From NCBI GenBank assembly GCA_964362175.1, contig CAYIDD010000001.1, forward strand, positions 64,569 through 128,568: DNA of 64,000 bases, in the 5' to 3' direction. This DNA comes from an uncultured Candidatus Saccharibacteria bacterium (GTDB taxonomy: Bacteria > Patescibacteriota > Minisyncoccia > Phycocordibacterales > UBA2100). The notes below the pieces were generated by a model. The model was not told the origin of the DNA. It ran no database searches and worked only from the letters and a program-made list of their open reading frames with translations. Both the position numbers and the translations under genes were made by a program. Each line of letters opens with the position of its first letter. Within the stretch, counting starts at the first letter, position 1. Shown here piece by piece: positions 19,648-32,542 of this stretch.

Positions 19648-21299
19648 GTACCCTTCTGCCCGATCGCCGCTTTGATGAATGCATTAAAAAGCGGGTGGGG
19701 CGTGAGGGGGCGGGCTTTGAGTTCGGGGTGGAATTGGGTGCCGAGCATGAAGGGGTGCGCACTTTTCGGAAGTTCTGCGATCTCCATCAAGCGGCCATCG
19801 GGTGATTTGCCGGAAAATATGAGTCCCGCTTTTTCCAACTGCTCGATGTATTTGGGATTCACTTCGAACCGGTGGCGGTGGCGTTCGGAGATGGAGGCCC
19901 CGCCATAACTTTCGGCGGCGATCGTTCCCTTCGTCAATTCGCATGGGTACGCACCGAGGCGCATGGTGCCGCCATAATTTTTCTTTGCGAGCTTTTCCAC
20001 CTGCGCCGGCAGAATGGCGATAACGGGGTGTGGTGTGTCGGGATCGATCTCCGTCGTATGCGCTTTCGCGAGACCTGCGACGTTGCGTGCGTATTCTATT
20101 GTCATGAGCTGCATGCCATAGCACAGACCGAAATACGGTATTTTGTTTTCGCGGGCAAACCGGATGGCGTTGATCTTCCCCTCTATGCCGGTTTCGCCGA
20201 ACCCTCCGGGCACGATGATCCCATCGTACTCTTTCAGCTCGGAAACCTGATCCGGACCCTTCTCATAATCCTTCGCGTTCAGCCACGCGATCTCCGGCTT
20301 AACGCCGTGCGCGTACGCAGAGAATTTTATCGCTTCGATCACCGAAAGATACGCGTCGGAGAGAACGAAATTGCCGGTATCGAAATATTTGCCGACAATA
20401 CCGATCTTTACTACTCCGTTGCCATTGTGCGCGTGCTCCGCGAATGCTTTCCACTCCGAGAAATCGGGTGTTTTTTTCGGCTCTTTTTCAAGGAGTTCCA
20501 TCAGCGTGTCCGAAAGTTTGTCGCGTTCAAAATTCAACGGCACATCGTAGATCGAGCCTACGTCCGGCGCCGAGATGATGTGTTCGGGAAGTACGTTGCA
20601 GGAGATAGATAACTTTTCCTTGCGCTTTTGATCGAGCGTGTGCGTGGAGCGCGCGATAATGATGTCCGGTTGCACGCCATAGGAGTTGAGCTCCCGCACG
20701 GCGTTCTGGGTCGGCTTTGTTTTCATCTCGCCTATCGTTCCGGGTACCGGAAGATAGGAAACCATCACAAAGAGCACATCGCCCGGATTAAAAAGATGCA
20801 TCACGCGCGCGGCATCGATGAAGAGCGCGTTCTGGAAATCACCGATCGTTCCGCCGATCTCGACGACCGACACATCGGAACCGGAGACTTCCGCCGCGCG
20901 CTTCAGGCGGTCGACGATCTCGTCGCGCACATGCGGTATCGCCTCGACACACTTGCCTCCGTAGCCCAGATTGCGCTCGCGCGCGATGACCGACTGGTAG
21001 ACCATGCCGCTCGTCATGTAATCATCGGGGCCCAGATCACGACCTAAGAAGCGTTCGTAATTCCCCATATCCTGATCGGTCTCAAGGCCCGAATCGAGCA
21101 CGAACACCTCGCCGTGCTCGATAGGATTCATCGTCCCCGCATCAACATTCAAGTAGGGGTCGATCTTTACAAGATTTACCGAGAGTCCGCGCGCCGTTAA
21201 GAGTTTGCCGATCGATGCAGTGGCGATCCCCTTCCCGACGGCCGACATGACACCGCCGATAACGAAAATGTATTTATGTCCCGCACGCACGCGTTTCAT
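19644..21299 (-). CDS. pyrG: CTP synthase
   Basis: GGVMSAVGKG, DPYLNVD, KTKPTQ, GLCYGMQ, RHRHR, QFHPE. Confidence 0.97.
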   Translation of the reverse strand: MKRVRAGHKYIFVIGGVMSAVGKGIATASIGKLLTARGLSVNLVKIDPYLNVDAGTMNPIEHGEVFVLDSGLETDQDMGNYERFLGRDLGPDDYMTSGMVYQSVIARERNLGYGGKCVEAIPHVRDEIVDRLKRAAEVSGSDVSVVEIGGTIGDFQNALFIDAARVMHLFNPGDVLFVMVSYLPVPGTIGEMKTKPTQNAVRELNSYGVQPDIIIARSTHTLDQKRKEKLSISCNVLPEHIISAPDVGSIYDVPLNFERDKLSDTLMELLEKEPKKTPDFSEWKAFAEHAHNGNGVVKIGIVGKYFDTGNFVLSDAYLSVIEAIKFSAYAHGVKPEIAWLNAKDYEKGPDQVSELKEYDGIIVPGGFGETGIEGKINAIRFARENKIPYFGLCYGMQLMTIEYARNVAGLAKAHTTEIDPDTPHPVIAILPAQVEKLAKKNYGGTMRLGAYPCELTKGTIAAESYGGASISERHRHRFEVNPKYIEQLEKAGLIFSGKSPDGRLMEIAELPKSAHPFMLGTQFHPELKARPLTPHPLFNAFIKAAIGQKGT

Positions 21300-21373
21300 A
21301 CCCCTACTCTATCATGACGCCCGCAATCGAACCCAGCTCAGGACGTGGGGAAAGGATGCGTATCGGAAGGTTC

Positions 21374-22303
21374 TTACGTGCGAAGGTATCGCCGAACGGC
21401 CAAGTAGCTCGATAGAGCTCCCAAAGCGACGCCGGAGCCCATTACAGCCGCAAAAAGGGGCAGGAATGAGTCGATGTAGTATGAAAACGCGTTGAAAGAA
21501 CCCAAGAAACGCTCGCTCCCGGGCCCGAGCCAAAGGGTGAGTGGGTACAGAAGGAGAAGCACGATGACCCCGGAGATTACCCCATACAAAATTCCGGCGA
21601 TGACAAAGGGCCCGCGCACGAACCAGCGCGAAGCACCCACGAGATTCATGACGCCGATCTCATCGCGGGAAGTGTAGATCGCGAGCCGGATGGTATTGAA
21701 TGCGATGAGCACGGAAGCAAACCCGAGAATGAGCGAGATCGCAATGCCAAGCTGTTTTGAAGTCTGGATGATGTTCGTAAGCCGATCGATCGCGGTTTTG
21801 TTCTGATAGAAATTCACCTTTTCGATCTTCGCCCCCGCTTCGGTGCGCGACGCCTGCTGTGCCTCGAGATACTTCGCGATCGCCTCATATTGCGAGGTCT
21901 CTTTCGCACGGACTTCGAGCGACGCGCCGAGCGGATTCCCTCCGAGTTCTTCGAGCGCCTGCATCGTCAGCTGATCGTTCTTGTGGCGGGCTCGAAATTG
22001 CGCAAGCGCTTCTTCCCGCGTTACATACGTGATCGTCGCGACCTGGGGCAGGGCCTCAATGGTCTTTTTCATATCCATGATCTGCGCTTCGGTCGCATCG
22101 GTCACAAAATAGATCGTGACGTCCACCTTGTCGGTCAGCTGCTTCAAGACCGAGCTCAGCGCCGCGCTCGAGATCATAAGTCCCGCGACCACGAACAAGG
22201 TGATCGTCATGATGAGAATGCCCGCGAGCGAGACGAATCCATTGCGGATAAAGCCCACAAATCCATATCGTGCTACGCGCTTTATCGTCGTCCAGTGAGA
22301 CAT
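21374..22303 (-). CDS. ftsX: Cell division permease FtsX
   Basis: NTIRLAI..RDEI.VM.LVGA..WF.RGPF; downstream of ftsE. Confidence 0.92.
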   Translation of the reverse strand: MSHWTTIKRVARYGFVGFIRNGFVSLAGILIMTITLFVVAGLMISSAALSSVLKQLTDKVDVTIYFVTDATEAQIMDMKKTIEALPQVATITYVTREEALAQFRARHKNDQLTMQALEELGGNPLGASLEVRAKETSQYEAIAKYLEAQQASRTEAGAKIEKVNFYQNKTAIDRLTNIIQTSKQLGIAISLILGFASVLIAFNTIRLAIYTSRDEIGVMNLVGASRWFVRGPFVIAGILYGVISGVIVLLLLYPLTLWLGPGSERFLGSFNAFSYYIDSFLPLFAAVMGSGVALGALSSYLAVRRYLRT

Positions 22304-22313
22304 AGTATGCATT

Positions 22314-22997
22314 CTACAACGAATATTTCCCGTGCTTGTCGTCGCGCACGAGTCGGCCGCGATCCATCGTGATGACGCGACGACCGACAGAATCAACGAC
22401 CGATTTATTATGCGTCGTGAGAAGAACCGTCGTCCCCAGATCGTTGATCTTCTTCAGGATCTCCACGACATCGTGCGCATTGATGGGATCGAGGTTGCCG
22501 GTCGGCTCGTCGGCGATGAGCACATCTGGCTGATTCACGATGGCGCGCGCGATCGCGACCCGTTGTTGCTCTCCGCCGGAGAGTTCGTGCGGAAAGTTCC
22601 ATATTTTATCGGTAAGTCCCACCAGATCCAGCACGTGAGGCACATCACCCGCGATGTCTTCGTCGGAGCGCCCCGCGACCTCAAGGGCAAATGCGATATT
22701 CTCGTAGACATTTTTTGTCGAGAGTAGTCGAAAATCCTGAAAGATCGTGCCGATCTTTCGTCGCAATTTCAAGAGGTCATTGTCTGAGAGCTTTCCGATC
22801 TCGTGTGACCCGAAGTAGACCGCGCCGATGGTCGGCTCCACTTCGGCAAATAGCATTTTGAGCAACGTGGTCTTTCCCGCGCCCGAATGCCCCACAATGG
22901 AGACAAATTCACCGGGGTCAACGCTCAGGGTAATATCCTCGACGGCTGGCGGAGTACCCGTGAAGTAGATTTTTGTAACTTTGTCGAAATAGATCAT
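22314..22997 (-). CDS. ftsE: Cell division ATP-binding protein FtsE
   Basis: GHSGAGKTT, FQDFRLL, LSGGEQQRVAIARA, ADEPTGNLD. Confidence 0.93.
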   Translation of the reverse strand: MIYFDKVTKIYFTGTPPAVEDITLSVDPGEFVSIVGHSGAGKTTLLKMLFAEVEPTIGAVYFGSHEIGKLSDNDLLKLRRKIGTIFQDFRLLSTKNVYENIAFALEVAGRSDEDIAGDVPHVLDLVGLTDKIWNFPHELSGGEQQRVAIARAIVNQPDVLIADEPTGNLDPINAHDVVEILKKINDLGTTVLLTTHNKSVVDSVGRRVITMDRGRLVRDDKHGKYSL

Positions 22998-23026
22998 GGC
23001 TGCAATGGGTCCTATTATACCTTCTC

Positions 23027-23914
23027 TTATGCGCTCCCCAAATCTTTCTCCGCGTCGATAAATGATTGGATGTCGCCTTCCAGCACGTTCTCAACATCAC
23101 GGCGCTCGTGGTCGGTGCGATGATCCTTCACGAGCTGATAAGGGTGCAATACGTATGAACGTATCTGGCTCCCCCACTCTATTTTCGTGGAGGCGCCCGC
23201 GGAAAGTCCCCGTGACTCCGCATTTTGCTGCGCTTCACGCAATTGATAGAGTTTGCCGCGCAACAATTCGAGTGCTTTTTCACGATTTTGGGCTTGGCTG
23301 CGCTCGGATGTCACGTGGACACTAAAACCAGACGGTTTGTGCGTCATGCGCACGGCTGTGTCGCGCTTGTTCACATTTTGCCCGCCGGGGCCTCCCGAGC
23401 GCGCCACCGATATTTCAAGGTCCGTTTCCGGAATATGGAGATCGCCCTGATCCGGCAACTTCGGCAACACCTCCACGAGCGAAAAAGAAGTCTGCCGCTT
23501 GCCCGCGGAATTGAAGGGCGACATGCGCACGAGGCGATGCACGCCGGCCTCGCGCTTGAGAGCGCCATATGCGCCGCTTCCATCCACCTCGAACGAAATG
23601 CTGCGATACCCGCCCATCGAATTTTCGTTCGCGGAGAGTAGACCTGTGTTCCATCCTTTCCCGGCGGCGAATTTCTTGTACATTTCAAAAAGCATTCGTG
23701 AAAAATCCTCCGCATCGTCCCCTCCTGCCCCGGAAACGATCGTGATCAGCGCGTCGCTCTTGTCGTACCCGCCACCGCCCGCGAGCTTCGCCTTCAGGTC
23801 CTGATATTCCTTCAGTATCGCCTGCGCCTTATCTTTGTTCGCCCAGAAATCGACCGCCCCCATTGCGGTTTCGATCTCCCCTATACGTGCCTCGATTGCC
23901 TCACGTGAACTCAT
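23027..23914 (-). CDS. prfB: Peptide chain release factor 2, shortened
   Basis: GVHRLVRMSPF (SPF), GPGGQNVNK, WGSQIRSY. Confidence 0.92.
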   Translation of the reverse strand: MSSREAIEARIGEIETAMGAVDFWANKDKAQAILKEYQDLKAKLAGGGGYDKSDALITIVSGAGGDDAEDFSRMLFEMYKKFAAGKGWNTGLLSANENSMGGYRSISFEVDGSGAYGALKREAGVHRLVRMSPFNSAGKRQTSFSLVEVLPKLPDQGDLHIPETDLEISVARSGGPGGQNVNKRDTAVRMTHKPSGFSVHVTSERSQAQNREKALELLRGKLYQLREAQQNAESRGLSAGASTKIEWGSQIRSYVLHPYQLVKDHRTDHERRDVENVLEGDIQSFIDAEKDLGSA

Positions 23915-23935
23915 GAAGCGAGTATATCAAATGCA

Positions 23936-23959
23936 GAGGGGACACCGCAGTGTCCCCTC
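23936..23959. terminator. Hairpin, possible terminator
   Basis: gaggggacac-cgca-gtgtcccctc; no clear U tract. Confidence 0.4.
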
Positions 23960-23971
23960 AACGATCAACCC

Positions 23972-24268
23972 CTATTTGATCGCCACTTCAGTAGTCAGAG
24001 GCGTCATAAACGAATGACACTCCTCCCCACGTGTCCCCAGAAAGGTTCGAACGTCTGAGACACGGTAATTCGTGACCTCGCCTTCGGTCGAGGTCGCATC
24101 CCAGAGGTCCCCCGTTTCAACAGTGTAACGAGGGTCGTGGCAGCTGGGGTCAAAACCGAACCGCAGCACCTCACGTACCCTGAGGCCTCCAGCGTACCGT
24201 TCCGTTAGGTGAAAGACGAGCGCATCGGCCATGGTCTGTCCCCTATGTGCGAAACTGACAAGGTGCAC
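23972..24268 (-). CDS. Hypothetical protein
   Basis: ORF downstream of a tRNA pair and followed by a hairpin; no motif recognised. Confidence 0.4.
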   Translation of the reverse strand: MHLVSFAHRGQTMADALVFHLTERYAGGLRVREVLRFGFDPSCHDPRYTVETGDLWDATSTEGEVTNYRVSDVRTFLGTRGEECHSFMTPLTTEVAIK

Positions 24269-24403
24269 GAATGTGTCACCAACCCCATTGTGATAGCTGC
24301 CAAGATTTCGTCAATCGTCAATTCACAACTCGCTACCTCCGAGGTCTGAGCCTAAGATCGCGTCTTTGCGGGTGCATTCGTTCTGGTACTGAGTAGTTCT
24401 GGT

Positions 24404-24479
24404 TGGAGCCACCTCGCGGGATTGAACCGCGGACCCCGTCTTTACGAAAGACGTGCTCTACCAACTGAGCTAAGGTGGC
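24404..24479 (-). tRNA. tRNA-Thr(CGT)
   Basis: GCCACCT/AGGTGGC, CGTCT-TTCGTAA-AGACG, encoded CCA. Confidence 0.95.
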
Positions 24480-24521
24480 TTCGCCGCTCATCCTACGGCA
24501 TTCACACGCTCTTTTCAATTG

Positions 24522-24594
24522 AGCCGATGTCCGGGATTGAACCGGAGACCTCGTCCTTACCAAGGACGTGCTCTACCAACTGAGCTACATCGGC
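24522..24594 (-). tRNA. tRNA-Thr(GGT)
   Basis: GCCGATG/CATCGGC, CGTCC-TTGGTAA-GGACG. Confidence 0.95.
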
Positions 24595-24659
24595 ATTGTT
24601 GCAAACCGATACTATCATGCCCCCTCCCGTAACAAAAATCAGAATGATATACTGGAGCG

Positions 24660-24884
24660 GTGTCCGACGACCTTCAAAAACATCCCATCAAGTATTTGCG
24701 GGAGAACATGGCGGTTGCCCTCGGGCTCGTCCTTATCTGGCGGAGCATTTGGTATGCGCTGGATGCGCTGGACATATATTTCTTTGGCGGCGCGCACATG
24801 GTCTCGGTGGTTATAGGCCTCGCGGCCGGTCTTTTGGTGCTCTACTTACCGCATCGCAACTTAAAGGCACTCGAAAGGCTCTAG
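24660..24884 (+). CDS. Small two-TM membrane protein
   Basis: Hydrophobic, WRSIW motif; TGATATACT 6 nt before GTG. Confidence 0.7.
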   Translation: MSDDLQKHPIKYLRENMAVALGLVLIWRSIWYALDALDIYFFGGAHMVSVVIGLAAGLLVLYLPHRNLKALERL

Positions 24885-25516
24885 GTTGGGCTGTACTCGC
24901 GCAATTCTCCGATGAGCGGGGTAACACGCGCATCGTTGATATCCTCTGGCCGTATCGTCGTTCGAGAAAAAACCTGCTCTTCTAATTCCCTGCCTGTGTG
25001 CGCGGCACTTTCGTAGGCAGAATCATTCTTCGCGGAATATCGTTTCTCAAAGTCCCGCAGTCGCTCTTCCAGCGACACGATACCGTGCGGTCCGACGCGC
25101 AGATCGGCGTATTGACATATCTTCAACTCGATCGGTCCCCTCTCGATGATCGTGCCGATATGGGAAAAACCGCTCATATCCATCATTCCGACGATGTGTT
25201 CCGAAAGACCGATCTCGCGGGCAATTGCGGCATTCGCCGCGTGCTGTTCGTTCCCGTATTTTTTTACAAAATCCGCCTTCACTGATTCCCAATACGCCGA
25301 TCCCTCAGGCTGTACGAACTCCGGAAAATACGCGAGATCGAATTTGACGATGTTGCCGATGTCGTGAAAGAGACATTCAAGCAGCACGTCCTGCGTATTG
25401 ACCGGTGTTGTAGCGTGGTCGCAGATCAATTTTGCAACAGCCGCCACCCGCAGCTGATGCAGCTGCAAACTGGGCATTATCCTGTACTGCGCGTATATCT
25501 CGCGCGGTGTTCTCAT
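24881..25516 (-). CDS. HD-domain protein
   Basis: HQLRVA, HDIGN, YAD.R. Confidence 0.8.
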   Translation of the reverse strand: MRTPREIYAQYRIMPSLQLHQLRVAAVAKLICDHATTPVNTQDVLLECLFHDIGNIVKFDLAYFPEFVQPEGSAYWESVKADFVKKYGNEQHAANAAIAREIGLSEHIVGMMDMSGFSHIGTIIERGPIELKICQYADLRVGPHGIVSLEERLRDFEKRYSAKNDSAYESAAHTGRELEEQVFSRTTIRPEDINDARVTPLIGELREYSPT

Positions 25517-25532
25517 GCGACGATTCTATCAC

Positions 25533-26120
25533 TCAATGACCCTTTTCGAGATTCTCCGATGATTGCCCTCTCTCATCTACCCCCTCATTCTCGTCAGCGG
25601 CTTCCGGTGAGTGCATTCTCAAAAAATACTGGAGTTCGGAACGTCTACTGGCGGCAGACAAGGCGTCACCCGTCGACACCACATCCAAATGGCGGAATTC
25701 CTTCCGCTCAAGACGAGCCTTGGCATCCATGAGCAACTTCGCGACGACGGTGCGATGCGACCGATCCTGGAATTTTGTCCACAGCTCTTTGAGTTCGGCC
25801 TTCTTTCCGGCATCTGTCATCTCGATCGCAAGGAATCCAACGATCTTTTTGCCCTCCATCGCCGCGAGCACAAGCTCGTGTTTTCCTGAGTGTAATTCGC
25901 TATGCCGTAGACCTGCTTCAAGATGTTTTACGGCCTCTTTTCGTTCATACGATTGACCGGTGGCATCGAAGGCGTCATCGATCGCGTCGTTTCGCATCAA
26001 ATCCCCTATCTCCACCCGATGCTTTTTGAGTTCCTCCCGACTTTCGAGAGGGATGACGTGCAGTCCCGGCATTTCGTCCTGACCATCTTTCATTTCCCCA
26101 CCACCTTTTGGCATGAACAT
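25533..26120 (-). CDS. Hypothetical protein, possibly GNAT fold
   Basis: LAAMEGKKIVGFL...AELKELW...VVAKLL pattern. Confidence 0.55.
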   Translation of the reverse strand: MFMPKGGGEMKDGQDEMPGLHVIPLESREELKKHRVEIGDLMRNDAIDDAFDATGQSYERKEAVKHLEAGLRHSELHSGKHELVLAAMEGKKIVGFLAIEMTDAGKKAELKELWTKFQDRSHRTVVAKLLMDAKARLERKEFRHLDVVSTGDALSAASRRSELQYFLRMHSPEAADENEGVDERGQSSENLEKGH

Positions 26121-26149
26121 ACCGCATTATCCTATCACATATCTCTTTG

Positions 26150-26223
26150 CGCGATCGACGGGACTCGAACCCGCAGCCTCGTCCGTGACAGGGACGCGCT
26201 CTAACCAATTGAGCTACGACCGC
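26150..26223 (-). tRNA. tRNA-Asp(GTC)
   Basis: GCGGTCG/CGATCGC, CGTCC-CTGTCAC-GGACG, G73. Confidence 0.95.
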
Positions 26224-26266
26224 AACAGGCACACAATACTTCAAAAACCGCGCAGTTTCAATCCGG

Positions 26267-26338
26267 TGTCGGGGGACGGGAACGATCCGTCGACCTAGCG
26301 CTTATGAAACGCTCGCTCTACCACTGAGCTACCCCGAC
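26267..26338 (-). tRNA. tRNA with CAT anticodon, probably elongator Met
   Basis: GTCGGGG/CCCCGAC, AGCGT-TTCATAA-GCGCT; atypical T-loop ATCGTTC. Confidence 0.85.
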
Positions 26339-26381
26339 AATGTATCCCATAGTACGGATTTTTTGATACTCCACAATCGAA

Positions 26382-26585
26382 ATGTTCCGTGATACGCTCA
26401 GTGCTATGTGGAGCAATCTTTTAGTGCTGAACGCTATTCTTTGGGCGCTCTCGGGAATGTACCTTATCTATTCTATCGGCACAGCCATCCTGAAGGGGCA
26501 GGGGAAACAATTACTGCTCGCGCTTTTGTTATTCGTCTTTCTTTCCGTCGTCGAGATCGCACTGGGGGCGATCGCGGAGCCGTAA
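26382..26585 (+). CDS. Small two-TM membrane protein
   Basis: 67-aa hydrophobic ORF between two tRNAs. Confidence 0.6.
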   Translation: MFRDTLSAMWSNLLVLNAILWALSGMYLIYSIGTAILKGQGKQLLLALLLFVFLSVVEIALGAIAEP

Positions 26586-26698
26586 GCTCGCGCGACATGG
26601 CTCCGCCTTGCAAGTCCGCACGCGAAGTGCGCAGGCACTTCGCTCCCCGCACAATCCGAATACTGAAAAAGCCTCCGACGAGCGAAGACTTTTTCAGT
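26586..26698 (-). repeat. tRNA-trailing hairpin element with an antisense copy of the tRNA-fMet 3' half
   Basis: Stem actgaaaaag/ctttttcagt (26662-26698); tgcaagtcc 26609-26617 and ccccgca 26645-26651 are inverted copies of the tRNA T-arm and acceptor strand. Confidence 0.7.
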
Positions 26699-26703
26699 GT
26701 TTG

Positions 26704-26775
26704 TTGCGGGGGCAGGACTTGCACCTGCGACCTCAAGGTTATGAGCCTTGCGAGCTACTACTGCTCCACCCCGCT
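26704..26775 (-). tRNA. Initiator tRNA-fMet(CAT)
   Basis: Unpaired 1:72 (A/A), GCGGGG/CCCCGC, GGAGCAG D-arm, CAAGG-CTCATAA-CCTTG. Confidence 0.88.
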
Positions 26776-26829
26776 TTCTCAAATCTACTACAGATGGGTG
26801 AGGGGTGCAATGAATTTTCGAAAATCCGT

Positions 26830-27540
26830 TTATTGAATGAAATGAAACTCCTTAAAAACGCGTTCATACAACGCGACAACGCGCCTCGCTTCGCGCGCAC
26901 TTATGGAATGAATGGCGCCCTGGTGCGCGATCTTGTTACGGATCTTGTGTGCTTCCCACGCGAGATCGATCGTGTTGAAATTGATCCGATCAACGCCACG
27001 CATTTTATCCGCCATCGTTTCGCCCTTATACCCCAATACGTCAAGGAGCTCGTTGAGCATGATGTCCGCTTCGAGGATCGCGAGGCGATGGCTTTGTTCT
27101 GAATCCGAACCCGCCTGCTCCCGTACTCTGTTCCAGCGAAGTTGGGATTTCGGCAGATCTCTGGCGGCAACTGTTTGCTGTGCCGACTCAAATCTGCGCC
27201 GCTCGATCTGACGCATTTGGAATACCCTGATCGAACAGTAGATGGCGAGCGCGGAAAGGCAGAGGGAAAAAAGAAGTGAGAATGCCACGAAGGTACTCCA
27301 CGTCTGGAAAAGGCTCGCGTACGCCTCAGGAGCAGACGCCATCTGAAGGTATTGGACAACGTCAGGCGCGGTAACGGGACTGGTGATGATCGCGGTTAGC
27401 GGGGTCGGCGCGTCCGGTGGAGGTGCGGCACCAGTGCCCGCGATGGTCACCACGGTACCCGGCACCAACTTGAACGCAACCTCGCCCAAAAACCACAGTG
27501 CCCACGCAAAGGAACCCCCTATCGTCGGCTGTACGTCCAT
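26830..27540 (-). CDS. Hypothetical membrane protein
   Basis: TM segment plus W..V....S.....RLAILEAD..L...L...GY.GETMA..AWEAHKIRNKIAH domain. Confidence 0.75.
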   Translation of the reverse strand: MDVQPTIGGSFAWALWFLGEVAFKLVPGTVVTIAGTGAAPPPDAPTPLTAIITSPVTAPDVVQYLQMASAPEAYASLFQTWSTFVAFSLLFSLCLSALAIYCSIRVFQMRQIERRRFESAQQTVAARDLPKSQLRWNRVREQAGSDSEQSHRLAILEADIMLNELLDVLGYKGETMADKMRGVDRINFNTIDLAWEAHKIRNKIAHQGAIHSISAREARRVVALYERVFKEFHFIQ

Positions 27541-27552
27541 GAGAAAAGTATA

Positions 27553-28967
27553 CTACGCCTTTTCCACGTCCTCTCCGATCACGAACAAAGCCTCCTCCCC
27601 TCCCCAATTTCCGATGATCTGAAATCCGACCGGAAGCGCGACGCCATCGCGCTCCACCGTGCCCGATGGCACCGAGATCGCGGGAACTCCCGCAAGATTG
27701 ACAGAGACCCCGAAAATGTCTTCCGCATACATTGCGAGCGGATCACTTGTTTTTGTACCGAGCACAAATGCCGGAGATGGTGTTGTGGGCAGGACGATCG
27801 CGTCCACGTTCTCAAAAGCGGTACGGAATTCTTTCTTGAGCACCGAGCGAACGGCCCGCGCCTTGCGATAGTAGGCATCCGCGTACCCGGACGAGAGAAC
27901 GAACGTTCCGACAAGAATACGTCGGCGTGTCTCCCGCCCGAATCCAGCCGCTCGTGTTTTCTCATACACTTCCCCTATGGTGTCAGCAGGTATGGAGAGC
28001 CCGTATCGAATTCCGTCGAGGCGCGCGAGGTTGGTTGAGACCTCTGCCGGCATGATGATGTAATAGACGGCAAGACCGTATGGAAGCGTTGGCATCTCGA
28101 TGTCGCGTATCTCGTATCCGGCCTTTTCGAGACGCCTCAGAGTCTTCTCAAAAACATCAAGTAGATCCGCGTCTACGCCCTTTTGCAGAAATGCGCGCGG
28201 CACACCAAGCACTTTCGGCTGTTCTTTCGCTGCCGGACCCGACCGATCCGGGAGTGACGTGCTGTCTTTTTCGTCATACCCCTTAATCGCGTCGAATATG
28301 ATGCGCGCGTCAGCGTTTGTCTTTGTCAAAGGCCCGATCTGATCAAGCGAAGAACCCATCGCGATCAATCCCGACCTCGATACCGCTCCGTACGTCGGTT
28401 TAAGGCCGACGAGACCTGTGTGTGCCGCAGGCTGACGGACGGAACCACCTGTGTCGGACCCGAGAGCGGCGAGCGCGAGGTTTCCGGCGACCGCAGCCGC
28501 AGATCCACCGGACGATCCACCCGGCACACGACGCGGATCCACCGGATTTTTCGTAGGTCCATAGGCGGAATTCTCCGTCGAACTACCCATGGCAAATTCA
28601 TCCATGTTGGTCCGCCCCAAAAAGACCACTCCTTGAGCTTTGAGTTTCGTTATGACCGTCGAATCATACGACGCGAGGTATTTTTCAAGGATTTTTGATG
28701 CGGCGGAGGCAATGCGACCCTCGATCAGAATATTATCTTTGACTGCAAGGGGAATTCCGGTCAGCGGCTTCGATTCGCCCCGCGCAATAATCGTATCGGC
28801 AGCCTTTGCCTCGGCCCGCGCCGAATCCGCCCACACTTCAAGGTACGCGTGGATCTCTCCGTCTTTCTTCGCTATTCTCTCAAGATATGCGTTCGTGAGT
28901 TCGAGCGCGGAATATTCTTTGGCATCTAATGCGCGCCGTGCCTCAACGATCGTAAGAGTATCAAGGT

Positions 28968-28971
<4 letters not shown>
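27553..28971 (-). CDS. gatA: Glu/Asp-tRNA amidotransferase subunit A
   Basis: KDN, NMDEFAMGSS, PGGSSGGS, GSDTGGS.RQP. Confidence 0.97.
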
Positions 28972-31872
<2,901 letters not shown>

Positions 31873-31879
31873 ACCGCTC

Positions 31880-32539
31880 TTATGTGCCCGCCCCATCGTC
31901 GAGCCAGCGACGAAGATTTTCTGAGATACTGAACGTCCGGATCTTAAAAGCACCGGTCTGCCATGTGACGGTTACGGTGATACGCAACTCATCCTGCCCA
32001 CCTCCGACAAGTGAGGCGTGTACGGTCCGCGTAAAGTGCGTCGGCGCTCCGCCGGAATCATATCCATAGAGAGTGCCATCCGTTTCGATCGGTTTGCATA
32101 CTCCCCCCGGATCCTGCGAACACGACTTGATCGCAGTCGCGGGATCTGAGATGCGCGCATCAATTCTGAACGGCTCATTGAGCGGGATCGCACCGAATAT
32201 GTCGATCGGGATTCCCGTTGGATTCAGCGCGATCTGAAGGATCTGTCCATCGCGTATACTTCGCAGAGCTTCTATCGCCTCCTGTCCGAGGTGGAACGCG
32301 GTGATCTGATCGCGCGCATAGTATGCGGCCGAAAGACTTTTTGTCGTAAGCGCCATGGGGGCTACGATCGCAACCGAAAGGAGCGAGATGGCGACCAGGG
32401 TCTCGATGAGGGTAAACCCCGTTAGAGAGCTACGTCGCGCTGGGCGGAAAGTCGAACGATTTTTCTCTAGTGGGGTAAATCCCCTGATACTTTTCTTTGA
32501 AAAGTGGCGGGGGGTACGTCGTGCGTTCACGTATTGCAT
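31880..32539 (-). CDS. Minor type IV pilin with a palindrome insertion in its leader
   Basis: RGFTPLE...SLTG|FTLIETLVA. Confidence 0.88.
   Translation of the reverse strand: MQYVNARRTPRHFSKKSIRGFTPLEKNRSTFRPARRSSLTGFTLIETLVAISLLSVAIVAPMALTTKSLSAAYYARDQITAFHLGQEAIEALRSIRDGQILQIALNPTGIPIDIFGAIPLNEPFRIDARISDPATAIKSCSQDPGGVCKPIETDGTLYGYDSGGAPTHFTRTVHASLVGGGQDELRITVTVTWQTGAFKIRTFSISENLRRWLDDGAGT
32416..32476. repeat. Palindromic element inserted in-frame in a pilin gene
   Basis: accccgttagaga 32416-32428 pairs with tctctagtggggt 32464-32476; ggtaaa repeated 63 bp apart. Confidence 0.8.
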
Positions 32540-32542
32540 ATT

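Noticed and set aside
24332-24343. Possible degenerate copy of the tRNA-Thr(CGT) 3' end
   Set aside because: Short and mismatched; compatible with chance.
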